A model generated the notes under the pieces. It ran no database searches, was not told the origin of the DNA, and saw only the letters and a list, made by a program, of their open reading frames with translations. Below are positions 23,701 through 35,224 of a stretch of DNA of 64,000 nucleotides, one piece after another. This DNA comes from Chiloscyllium plagiosum (taxonomy: Eukaryota), in the NCBI RefSeq assembly GCF_004010195.1, contig NC_057750.1, positions 17,302,680-17,366,679 of the forward strand, in the 5' to 3' direction. How positions within the stretch are numbered: the stretch's first letter is position 1; the number at the start of each line of letters is the position of its first letter. The position numbers and the translations under genes were made by a program.

Positions 23701-26676
23701 CTTGTAGATTCAATTGAGCGTCTTCATTCTCCCTCTGTTGTTGTCTTACTGGTGAACCCAACATGTTTACCTCCTTAGTCATGCTGTTGGAGGGTGCTAC
23801 TGACAAAGTTCTGAAACTCATATTGATAATCCTCTCTTGGGAGACAAAGAATTGAAATATTCCGTCTTGAACTTGTGTGGTTTTATCATCTGAAGTCGAA
23901 TTCATATCTGCTGTTACAATTTGTTCACTGAGTTGTGTTGGTTCTGAATTAGCCTCTTTTTATTCATTCATAGGCTTTGGTGTTGAGTATCACCTGCAAA
24001 TTTGACTGAGCACAGTCTGTTGCTCTATCTAAGTCATTAATATAGATTATAAATAGTTGGAGCTCATTGACCAACCTCTGTTAGCTTAAAAACCAGAAAG
24101 ACCCATTTAGGCCAAAACTCTGCTTTCTGTTGGTTAACCAATCCTCTATCTAAGCTAATATATTGCCCCAATCCTGTATGATCTTCCCTTGTATATTAAC
24201 TCTATAACCTGTTACTATTGGGATGGTTTAAGTATCTTTTACCTGGAAACTGAGGAAAAATATTGATTTAGTCTCCGCCATTTTCATGTTTCCCATTACC
24301 AACTCCCTTGTCCTCTAAGAGACCAACATTCATCTTAGCTACTTTCTCACTTGTTTTATACTGAAAGAAGTGTTTGCTGTCTGTCTTCATATACTGCACT
24401 AGTATTTTTCATAAGTCTGATTTGCTCTTTTTATTACTCTTTTAGTGACCCTTTGCTGGCCTTTAAAAGTTTCTCAATCCTCCAGCCTGCTCCTACGTTT
24501 GCCTTTGTTTCCTTTAATTTTCTTGGTTAGTTGTGGTTGCATTTTCCCCCTCTGACAATCGTCCTCTGTGGAATATCTTATTGAGAGGAATTAAATATCT
24601 CCTTAAATGTTCATTGAGTGAGTAAAGAGACATCCAGCGATTTTACTGAAAATGAATTCTCTCTTTTCAAGCTGCCATATACTGATGGCTTCCCACAGCA
24701 GATGGGGCTGTAGATGCGCTGAATTATTTGGCATCTGCTCCACATGCCTGGATGTCTAAGGCAGGTGCTTCAGCCAGCACCTGGAGGACATGTAATTACC
24801 CGGATAAATCATCTGAAAACTACTGCGCAACTAGCAGGCCTGCTTCGGAATTTGTGCTTGAAACTCATTAAGAGCAAGGCTGCATATTGGGAAGCCATAT
24901 TCAGTGTATCTACACGGCAATTTAGCAATAAATGTTTAAAGAAGCTCTGTGAGCTCAAACAGATTTTATGAATAAGCCTATAGCTTCTGGCTCTGGTGGC
25001 CAGTACAAATTAGATTTTTTTTTTGTTTCACCAATACTGGAAGATATTTGAAAGAGGTTGCTGATGGCACTCTGTGACATGCTTAAACCTGCTAAAATAT
25101 CCCACACACGTTGGATCAGATAAAGCTTTGCTAAGGCTAAGATTGATAATCTGGGAGGTGCAAATGAGCGAGTCACTAACAGGATGGTTTGGGAAATTAT
25201 TTGGGAGTGCACAATAATGCAAGGCAAATTCAGGCAGAATGTGGCAATCCAAACATGATTGTTTTTCCAGAATTGACTTTGTCTGTTATATTTGTGTCTA
25301 ATATTCATGCATGACTTCAACAGCACTTACCAATTGTCCTCATAACTCTCAGCAACATTGGATTATAAGTTGTCAAGACCTCACCAGGCATGTCAATTTA
25401 AGATCAACCCCCAGCAACAAGGAGTTATTCTCAAACAAGAGAAGGGATATTTTACCGCAAAACTTCTTTAACAATTCAACTAGAAGTCATAAAGCTGTTT
25501 GCTAAAAATACAGGTACAAAAGTTTATAAGTCTATACAGAGGAAAGATACTTGTAGAGATGAAAGTAAGGTTGGTTTGATGTCATGGCAATCCTGGCTTG
25601 CTTGAAGATTTCTCTTTCTCAGGAAAGCAGGTCAAAAATTTGAAATCAGAATTCAGCAGCTGCAATTGTTTCTGTAGCTGAATAACTGGAGGTTGCTTGT
25701 GCAAGTGGACTTGTAGGTAGAGCAGAATATGGGAGAGAGAAAGGTTTTTTTTTTGTTCCTCACTAGTTCTATGGTTACAACACTAGAAAATTACCGGGGC
25801 TACTTGAACAAACCAGCAGTTGAGTTCTAAAAGCTGTTCTCCTTTATGCTGCCTTTGATTCAGGACTCTCTATCCCTGTGGGTGTCTTTCAGAGTCCTTC
25901 CTGGGGAGTTTGCTAAGATGGTGTCTCACAGCCTAACTTATCAAAGTCAAAGCAAAATGTCTACTGTGTTAATTTCGATGATTCATTGTTCCCCGAAGCC
26001 CAATGTCAATTATGCTGGAAATCATTGTGGTGTCCTTCAAGACTCTTATACTCTTAGAAACTCTGAATTCTCACACCTTTAGAAGACCCATTATGATGTC
26101 TCCCAAGGATTAATCAAATTTTAAATGTCTCCCTTTGTAATTGATGCTGAGATAACACATCAGTCTGTCTGCTTTTTGGCTGTAGTGAATCAGTAGAGCA
26201 GTCATGTGACATCCAGGAATCATCTTGTAAGATTCTGCATCCATCTTAAAAGTCTGATTATTATTCTTTACAAAATATATCATAATACAATTACATAGTC
26301 ATGAAAAGGTGGATATTCATGTGACTCTGGTAGTATTTTGGTCCATATATGTTCTCATCTGTGTTCACGGCTCTATGTGCTCCATATTTATTTGGTCTGT
26401 GTTCACTGGTGTCTGTAGTCTATGCTATTCCTGTATTCCTGGAGAATGTGAAGTACTGCAATAGAGCTATTTAATCGATCAGTCAGACTCCTGCAAACAA
26501 AACAGTGTACTCTCTACTTTGTTGTATGCTGCTGTAATAGTTCAGGAAGACTGACTGGAAAGAACATCATTTATTGTTGAACACCAAACTCTCCTCCGAC
26601 CAAAATAGGACCCACTACTCATGGTATACATATGCTAGTCCCAGCCTGGGATAGACAGTTCTGAAGATCCAACCTT

Positions 26677-27722
26677 GGGTCTGCTTTATAGATATTTTTA
26701 ATTAACCTGTTCAGATACTGTGACACGCCTCTGGAGCAGGTGGGATTTGAATCTGGGTCTCTGACTCAGACGCTTGGACACTACCACTGTTTCACAAGAG
26801 CCCCACTGGGTCTGCTTTATAGTATTTTCTAATCAGCTTGTTCAGCAGCGTTATGACTCACCTCTGAAGCAGGTGGGATTTGTACCAAGGCCTCCTAGTG
26901 CAGAGATGGGGCCACCACCATGAGATTTCCTGAGTGTGGTTTGTTTTGTTTTAGAAACTCGACATTGCTTTTTGATTAATTTTAATGCAAGTCATTCATT
27001 GGGTAACGTCAGGGGCCAAATCAGCGGCTCATCGTTTATTTCCTAAACAGCCCTGTTAAGAGGTGCCACCTCTGGACCAGGTGGGACCTGGCCAGAGGTA
27101 GGGGCACTACTGATGCACTACATGGGGCTCTGGGATTGCTTTTATTATTTTTGAAAAATATTTTAATCAACCTGTTCATGAATGTTGTGACACCCTCTGG
27201 GACTTGAAGCCAGGCATTCAGGCTCAGATGTGGGAACACTACCAGCACACGACACCTTCCCACATTTGCTTTTTAAAAAATTCTTTTATACCCAGAAGTG
27301 CTATTGCACACAACTCAGTAACTTTCCCACCACCAAAGGTATTTACAAGCAAAGGGGAAAATGAGGACTGCAGATGCTGGAGATTACAGTCGAAAGTGTG
27401 GTGCTGGAAAAGTACAGCAGGTCAGGCAGCATCCGAAGAGCAGGAGAATCAACGTTTCGGGCAAATGAATTCCTGATGAAGGGCTTTTGCCTGAAATGAC
27501 GATTTTCCTCCTCCTCGGATGCTGCCTGACCTGCTGTACTTTACCAGCACCACATTCTTGACTCTATTTACAAGCAAAGCCTATTATGGGCACTGGGTCT
27601 GCCTTTTTTTTTTCTAACCAACCTGTGCAGAAATGTTTTGAAACACCTCGGAAACAGGTGGGACTTGATCCCAAGTCTTCTGGCTTAAAGGTAAGGATAC
27701 TACCACTGCACCACAAAGCCCC
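26677..27722 (-). repeat. Cluster of ~5 short tRNA-derived SINE-like units in head-to-tail orientation
   Basis: Repeated ctgggtctgc...aacctgttcag...cacctctggagcaggtgggatttga...cactaccact...agagcccc; reverse strand has A-box (cagtggtag) and B-box-like (gattcaaatccc) motifs; single + strand copy at ~52110-52222. Confidence 0.7.
27355..27564. mobile_element. Foldback element (family B), Penelope-like non-autonomous, hammerhead-like core
   Basis: Inverted arms gtgtggtgctggaaaagtacagcaggtcaggcagcatccga / tcggatgctgcctgacctgctgtactttaccagcaccacat; CTGATGA at 27473-27479 followed by AGGGCttttGCCT GAAA; perfect 15-bp TSD tatttacaagcaaag (27340-27354, 27565-27579). Confidence 0.8.
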
Positions 27723-28265
27723 CCACCTTCCCCCGCTGTGTCAGCTTTGTTTTATTTGGGAAGGACCAGCCTTCTGTGTGGACCTTGTCAAAGTCCTCAC
27801 TGAAGTCCATGTCAACCCCATCAACTGCACTACCCTAATCAATACATTTAGTCATCTTTCAAAAAAACTCAATTAAATTAGTCAGACAGGATCTCCCTCC
27901 AACACTTAAATGCTGACTATCCCTGATCAATCACTGCCTTTCCAAATATTGTTTAAACCTGTCCTTCAGAACTTTTTTCCAATAATTTCCCTCCGATTGA
28001 TATCAAACTAACTGGTCTGTAATTACCTGGCCTATCCAGGCTGCCCCTCTTGAACAAAGAAACCATATTAGCTATCCTCCAGTCATCTGGCACTTCATCT
28101 CTGGCCAGTGAAGTATTAACTATTTCCCGAAAAATTGCGGATGCTGTAAATCAGAAACAAAAACAGAAATTGCTGGAAAATCTCAGCAGGTCTGGCAGAC
28201 TCTGTGGAGAGAAATGAGAGTTAATGTTTCAGGCTGGTGGGAAGTAATCCTTTCTCAGAATGATT

Positions 28266-28478
28266 TGGAGATGCCGGTGTTGGACTGGGGTGGACAAAGT
28301 TAACAATCACACAACACCAGGTTATAATCCAACAGGTTTAATTGGAAGCACTAGCTTTCGGAGTGACGCTCCTTTATCAGTTGACAACCACCTGATGAAG
28401 GAGCGTCGCTCCGAAAGCTAGTGTGCTTCCAATTAAACCTGTTGGATTATAACCTGGTGTTGTGTGATTGTTAACTTT
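28266..28478. mobile_element. Foldback element (family A), Penelope-like non-autonomous
   Basis: ~85-bp near-perfect inverted arms (28296-28380 vs 28392-28478); direct repeat tttctcagaatgatt at 28251-28265 and 28476-28490. Confidence 0.85.
28389..28423 (+). ncRNA. Minimal type I hammerhead ribozyme motif
   Basis: CAC-CUGAUGA-A-GGAGC(GUC)GCUCC-GAAA-GCUA/GUG: complete catalytic core, 5-bp stem II, palindromic AGCU in place of stem III, 3-bp stem I (CAC/GUG), predicted cleavage after CUA (28420). Confidence 0.7.
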
Positions 28479-29398
28479 CTCAGAATGATTGTGATGAGAG
28501 AGGATTAATTAGCAACCTTGTGGTGTGAGATCCTTTGGGGAGTAGTGACTTTAATATGGTAGAATTCTTCATTAAGATAGAAAATGATGCATTTAAATCT
28601 GAGACCGGGGCCTGAGTTTAAAGAAAGCTAATTCTGATTTCCAGTTCTGAGGAAGGGTCACTCAACCTGAAATGTTAACTCGGATTTTTCTTCACAGATG
28701 CTGCCAGATCTGCTGAACTTTTCCAGCAATTTCTGGCTCTTTTTCTTATTAAATAGCTCCCGTGGGGCCCAGCAACCTCCTCCCTTGTCTCCTGTTGCAG
28801 CCTGGGATACAATCTCATCAGGCCCTGGGAATTTCTATACTTGTATGCCATTTCTCCTCTGAGAATACTGATGAGAAATATTCATTCAAGACTTTACCCA
28901 CGTCCACTGTCTCCACGCCTGGATTGCCCCTTTGATCTTTCATGGACCCTGCTCTTAATATACTTAGAAAATGCCTCCAAGTTTTCCTTGATCCCATCTT
29001 CCAAAGGTATTTTGTGGCCCCTCTGTGCTCTCCTAATTTCCTTTTTAAGTGACCTCCACTAGTTTCTATACTTTTTGAAGAGCCTCCCCTGGTTTAATGC
29101 CCTGCACCTGATATGTGCTTCTTTCTTTTTCTTTACTAATAATTAATACCCATTGAGGGTTCCCTGAATCTTTTGTCCTTGCCTGTCACTGTTAGAGGAA
29201 CGTGTCCAGGCCCTGAATTCTTACCAAGTTACATTTAAAAGGCTCATGCTTTCCAAGTGTTGACTTACCTTGCAAGTAGCTGCTCCCAGTCTATGTTTGC
29301 TAGATCCTGCCTAATTATATTGAAATTAACCCTCCCCCCAATTTAGACACAGCTTCTGCACTCTCCTTTTCCCTTCCTATAATGACTTTGAAACTTAG

Positions 29399-29905
29399 TT
29401 AAAAATCCCACAACATCAGGTTATAGTCCAACTGGTTTATTTAGAAGTACTAGCTTTCAGAGTGCTGCTCCTTCAACAGGTAACTTTGAAAGCTAGTGCT
29501 TCCAAATAAACCTTTTGGACTATAACCTGGTGATGTGTGATTTTTAATTTTGTCCACCCCAGTCCAACACCAGCAACTCAGGTGGCATGGTGGCACAGTG
29601 GTTAGCACTGCTGCCTCGCAGCACCAGAGGCCCGCGTTCAATTCCCGCCTCAGGCAACTGTCTGTGTGGAGTTTGCACATTCTCCCCGTGTCTGCGTGGG
29701 TTTCCTTCAGGAGCTCCGGTTTCCTCCCACAGTCCAAAACAGCGCAGGTTAGGTGAATTGGCCAGGCTAAATTGCCCGTAGTGTTAGGTGAAGGGGTAAG
29801 TGTAGAGGAATGGGTCTGGGTGGGTTGCTCTTCGGAGGGTCGGTGTGGACTTGCTGGGCCAAAGGGTCTGTTCCCACACTGTAAATAATCTTTCTAACTC
29901 CACAT
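29399..29905. mobile_element. Foldback element (family A, opposite orientation) with an HE1 SINE inserted near its end
   Basis: Arms ttaaaaatcccacaacatcaggttatagtccaa / ttggactataacctggtgatgtgtgatttttaa; perfect 13-bp TSD ctttgaaacttag (29386-29398, 29906-29918). Confidence 0.78.
29581..29892 (+). mobile_element. HE1/V-SINE
   Basis: Full HE1 head, V domain and tail. Confidence 0.92.
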
Positions 29906-30562
29906 CTTTGAAACTTAGAATTATGGTCACTATCCCCAAAATGCTCACACACTGACAATTTAACCACTTAATCGGCTTCATTCTCTCGGATTTGGTCGAG
30001 CATTGCCCCCATCTCTGTCTACATCCTGGATGCACTTTAAAAACTCCAACCCTCCTAATCCTTTCACACCTGTGCTGTCATTCCTTCTAAACGTTCTATT
30101 CCTTTCAACAGTTTACACTAATTCGTGTCTGAAATAGGCCTTTGTTGATTGAACTGAATTTTCACCGTCCACCTCCGTTTACGCAGCACCTGTTGGGACG
30201 CTTCCTGCTCTGGTGAAATGTGGATTGGAATTAATGTGACGGTGGCTAGTTTTCAAAGAAGTCCCCATTGGCTTTGAGCTGCTTTGAGGTGTCATGCTTA
30301 ACCTACGTGCAATCTAAATCCTACGAAACAGTTTGATGAAAATTCAGCAAGAGTTGAGATGCTGAATTGTTAATATTTGTGAGTAATTGGATTTGAATTT
30401 AAATGTTAATCTACAAAAATCCAGCATGCAGCAGTAATCAGGCGTCTACTAAAATGAGCTGGATCATTGATGGGTAGACAAGGACTGCCAAATGTACTTG
30501 TTCCACTCTGAATAATTCTCATTTTATCCCTCTAAAACTCTTTTCGTTACCTACTCACACAG

Positions 30563-30611
30563 AGCAAAGATGCCGGGATCAGGACTCTGGTTATGTTGGA
30601 TGAACAAGGCG
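30563..30611 (+). CDS. SNAP25: SNAP-25/SNAP-23 family Qbc-SNARE, internal coding exon (equivalent to SNAP25 exon 4)
   Basis: 49-bp exon between ctcacacAG and GTaagt; encodes SKDAGIRTLVMLDEQG(E), the SNAP-25 first SNARE motif; ends in phase 1 and joins in frame to the next exon. Confidence 0.95.
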
Positions 30612-30649
30612 GTAAGTGGATCTTGAAGATGTGCATACATTTCTTGGTT

Positions 30650-31405
30650 GGGGAATTGTGTGTACATGCCTGGGATGGGGAGTTTTACTTGCATGCCTGG
30701 GATGGGGAATTATGTGATACGTCTGAGATGGGAAAGTGTGTGTACATGCCTGTATTGAGGAATTGTGCATATGTGCCTGGGATGGGGAATTGTGTGTGCA
30801 TATCTGGGTTGGGGAAGTGTGCATACAGGCCTGGGAAAGGGAACCATATGTATATGCCTGAGATGGGGAATTGTGCATACTTGCCTGGGAAGAGAAACTG
30901 CGCAGACATGCCTGGGATGGAGAAGTGCGTGTACATGCCTGGGATGGGGAAGTGCGTGTGCATGCCTGGGATGGGGAAGTGTGTGTACATGCCTGGGATG
31001 GGGAAGTGTATACATGCCTGGGATGGGGAAGTGTGTACATGCCTGGTATGGGGAAGTGTGTTTACGTACCTGGGATGGGGAAGTGCGTGTACATGCCTGG
31101 GATGGGGAAGTGTGTGCATGTGCCTGGGATGGGGAAGTGCGTGTACATACCTGGGATGGGCAAGTGTGTGTACATGCCTGGGATGGGAAAGTGCGTGTTC
31201 ATGTCTGGGATGGGAAAGTGCATGTATATGCCTGGGATGGGCAAGTGCGTGTACATGCCTGGGATGGGGAAGTGCATGTACATGCCTGGGATGGGGAAGT
31301 GCGTATACATGCCTGTGGTGGGGAAGTGTGTGTACATGCCTGGGATGGGGAAATGCGTGTACATGCCTGAGCTGAGGAAGTGCGTGTACATGCCTGGGAT
31401 GGGGT
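30650..31405. repeat. 27-bp G-rich minisatellite (gtacatgcctgggatggggaagtgcgt), ~27 copies, directly downstream of exon 4
   Basis: Direct inspection; 9-aa periodicity (MPGMGKCVY) in the ORF track. Confidence 0.93.
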
Positions 31406-31982
31406 AGGGCAGTGGTGTAAATGATGAGCACTGAACAATGTTGAATTCAGTTTTACCAATTGACATTTACTCCAAATCATAAACCTCAGATCGACAGCAC
31501 GGATTTCTTCATTCAGAACCTTTCTGATTCTGAGCCTCATGGTCTTAGCTTGAAGCAGGGACTGAAGTAAAGTAAACTGATTCCCACCTGGGGGTTAGGG
31601 AAGAAACCCACTTCCTGTCATGAAGGCTGCATGTTTGACTGTGGTTTCATCTAGGACAGGCAGCCTCTACACACTCTGCCCTGGTATGCACATGGACATA
31701 GGTCGTTTAGATATGTCAGAAGCATTTTACAGGGCAACTCCCTTTTTGGAAGACAAACCAAAATGAACAAATTGAGGAGCCTGTTGCAGACTGGATTATT
31801 AATATGAGGACTTTATTACAGGCATGCAAGTTAATTATTCACAAGTTGACAAACTTATTTAACCCACCACAGAGAATAACGTGAGTTAGGATGGTGACGT
31901 AGGAAGCTGGAGAAAAGACAAGAGATTGTTGATGTCCAGATAAAATCACTAATCCAGAAAGTGTGTGATCTCCAAATGACAC

Positions 31983-32690
31983 AACCATGTGATGACAATA
32001 CCTGAACCATGTGATTTCAACATCCTAACCATGTGATCACAACATCTAACCATGTGATCATAATACCTGAACCATGTGATCCCAACATCCTAAACATGTG
32101 ATCACAATACCTGAACCATGTGATTCCAACATCCTAACCATGTGATCACAACATCTAACCATGTGATCACAATACCTGAACCATGTGATCCCAACTTCCT
32201 AACCATGTGATCACAACATCTAACCATGTGATCATAATACCTGAACCATGTGATCCCAACATCCTAAACATGTGATCGCAACATCTAACCATGTGATCAC
32301 AACACCTGAACCATGTGATCCCAACATCCTAAACATGTGATCCCAACATCTAACCATGTGATCACAACACCTGAACCATGTGATCCCAACATCCTAAACA
32401 TGTGATCACAACACCCTAACCTGTGATCACAACATCTAACCATGTGATCACAACACCCTAACCATGTGATCACAACATCTAACCATGTGATCACAACTCC
32501 TGAACCATGTGATCCCAACATCCTAAACATGTGATCACAACACCCTAACCATGTGATCCCAACATCCTAAACATGTGATCACAACACCCTAACCATGTGA
32601 TCACAACATCTAACCATGTGATCCCAATACCTGAACCATGTGATCCCAACACCCTAACCATGTGATCCCAACACCTCAATCATGTTATCA
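31983..32690. repeat. 21/22-bp minisatellite (aaccatgtgatcacaacatct and variants), ~32 copies
   Basis: Direct inspection. Confidence 0.93.
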
Positions 32691-33869
32691 CCCAACACTC
32701 GAAAAATATTCCTTTTCATCTCATCTCTAGCTCTTTTGCACCTTTCAACAGACTAGAAGATCCATTCTTCTGTGTTCAGTTTATGTTTTTAAAAACATGG
32801 AAAGATATCCCATTCCACAAAACCCAACAGCAAGAAATGCTGATCCAGTCAGTGACAGTAGTGTCCCATGACTCATGAGTGAATGAAAAAAGGTGGGAGC
32901 CAATAATGTGAATTATTTTCGTAAATAATTCTAACAGGTAACATTGACTGAGAACCAGATGTGCAGTTGATCGCTCTGATTCAAGCTTTTAAGTCCTCCC
33001 TGTGTTTCAGACACACTATGTCATTCCCTGACAGTGGGATGGAGGGAACTAGATCTTCAACAGGGAAATACTCAGGAGCAAGAATTGCTGTATAATTCTA
33101 AAAATTCTGAATTCTTCTTCCAACATGAAACATTGCCCAATGAACTCACTTTTAATCTTCAATTAAATCTTCAGAGTTTGCTCATATTATTCATATCCAG
33201 GATTCATTAAGTTTTGGAGTTTGTAGCACAAATCGATTAAATATGTCCTCTTTGTTAGGCCAGGACTGAAGTAATCATCCTGCCTTGCTCCTCCCCCCCA
33301 GAACATACTTTCCTCAAATCCTTGCCTATACCCATGCTTCCATGGTTTCTGGGTCTGCTGTGGTAAAAATTCTCAGGTCAGAGACTACAAAATGTTTCTG
33401 TCAACTGAATCTGATTCCAGCCGGTTGGATAACACAATCTGAAATCATTTAGTTTGAAATAATCAGAATACAAACTATTCTGATTATCACCAATTCTCAA
33501 AATGTATGCAGGCAGTCACACTTCTGCTTTCTGTGATTATCCAGAGCTCCACTGACAGTAAATGTGGTGTGAGGAGGTGTGAAACCCACATTATTTTCCA
33601 GCTACAACCCCCAACTCCTCACTCCCAACACCTGCACCCCCTCCCCAAACACTGCCTTTTGTGTTTCACCACATCCTCTGATTCAAATATCTAGAGCCTC
33701 TGATCTGTTTCTGGATATTATCTCAGAGAGCTTCCTGCAGCTTCCTAACTGGTTGTGACTTGACAGACACTTGGAAACTCCCCACAGTTAAATTAATTCC
33801 TATTTCCCTATTCTAGTGACTCTGTTAACAGGTTTAGTCATCAATCAGTGCACAAAGGAATTTGAAACA

Positions 33870-34620
33870 ACCACAGGAAATAGGAGCAGGTGAAGACCAT
33901 TCAGCCCAACACAACTACTTCCCCATTCAACACAATGATGGCTAGGCTTTGGGTTTTAACTTCACTTTCCTGCCCGTTCCCTCCATTTCCTGAGACACTT
34001 GAACACCTGTCAAACTCTGTCCTCAATATATTCAATGAGGGAGTGTCTGCAACCCTTTGGGGTAGAGAATTCCAAAAATTCAAAATCCTTTGAGTGAAGT
34101 AAATTCCTGGCCCCCCAGCCCTAACTGATTGATTCTCCACTTATCCTGAGACTGTACTCCTTGTTCTATAATCCCCCCCAGTCAGGGGAAACAACTTCTC
34201 AATGTTGACCCTGTCAAGCCCCTTCAAAATTCTTTTGTTTCAATCAGGTTATGTCCCATTCAACTGACCCCTGGTTCTGGACTCCCTTGTCCTCAGGAAC
34301 ATACTTTCTGCATTTCCCCTTTCTGGTCCAGTTGCAATTTTGTAGGTTTCTGTGAGATCCCCCCCCCCTTCATTCTTCCAATCCCCGATGAATACCGTCC
34401 TACCGAGTCTAGTGTTTCTTCATATGTCAGTTATACCATCCCAGGAATCAGTCTAGTAAACTTAATTGCATGCCCCCCATAGCTAGAACATCCCTCCCAA
34501 GTTAACTGCACACAATACTCCAGATGTGGTCTCACCAAGACACTATTCAGCAAGACATCCCTATTCCTCTACTTGAATCCTCTTGCTATGAAGGCCAACG
34601 CACCATTTGCCTTCTTTCCT
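33870..34620 (-). mobile_element. CR1 LINE 3' fragments
   Basis: YFTQRILNFWNSLPQRVADTPSLNILRTEFDR on the minus strand plus 3' tail. Confidence 0.8.
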
Positions 34621-35224
34621 TTGCCTTCAGATTTTGAGGCTTGAAAACTGCGAGGTGATTGGGAGGAGATGGGGAGGGGGTGGTGTTAGGTCAAAAGCCA
34701 AGAAGAACAGGGGAGGCAGAGAGGGGGCTGGCATTCCTTGGCAGTACGTGTTAGCTCAGAGTTCAGCGTGCTCCAGAACATCAGCTTTCCTCCACTACCA
34801 CTTGGAGTCCTGCCCGGTGTTTCAGCAAGTGCTGCACCCGAGGATCACTTGGTGAGAATTGCAAGTTGCTGCAATAGCTGGTTCTTTGCTGAGACACGAA
34901 AGGCCTTGCGATTACCTCCCTTTCTTCTTCCACTGCATGCAGGAAATGTTCAGGGGTGGCCAACTCCATTCCCACTCTTTGAGACCATAATACACAGAAA
35001 TTGGGGCATTGACATTTGAGCTTTTTGCAAAAGACAGGACAAGGTTCTGTTAGTGAGAGAGGCTGCCAGACGGTATCATGGGCATCAGGATCTATTTAAC
35101 TGGAAGAGAGCAGTGAGCTGACCAGTAGCTGGTCCAAGCGGGTGCAGCCAGTGACTCAAGCTCTATAGACCTGTGCTTTCAGCAGGAGACTCCCTCCCTC
35201 CCTCCCAAGCCTCTCCTGAACCCG

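Larger units (their letters stand above)
28130..28746. mobile_element. Foldback element (family D) enclosing a nested family-A element and a CR1 piece
   Basis: Left arm aaacagaaattgctggaaaatctcagcaggtctggcag, right arm ctgccagatctgctgaacttttccagcaatttctg; hammerhead-like agttCTGAGGAagggtcactcaacctGAAAtgttaact (28643-28680); 16-bp flanking direct repeat with 3 mismatches (28114-28129, 28747-28762). Confidence 0.7.
27745..30070 (-). mobile_element. Old CR1 LINE (RT to endonuclease) interrupted by several nested insertions
   Basis: Minus-strand remnants incl. ggtaattacagaccagttagttt (GNYRPVSL) and SVCEHFGDSDHN; interrupted at 28130-28746 and 29399-29905. Confidence 0.7.

Noticed and set aside
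25371..26325. Possible additional solo LTR starting TGTCA
   Set aside because: No convincing CA terminus or TSD could be identified.
30591..31540. His/Pro-rich minus-strand ORFs and other overlapping ORFs
   Set aside because: All arise from the 27-bp minisatellite; no splice or homology support.
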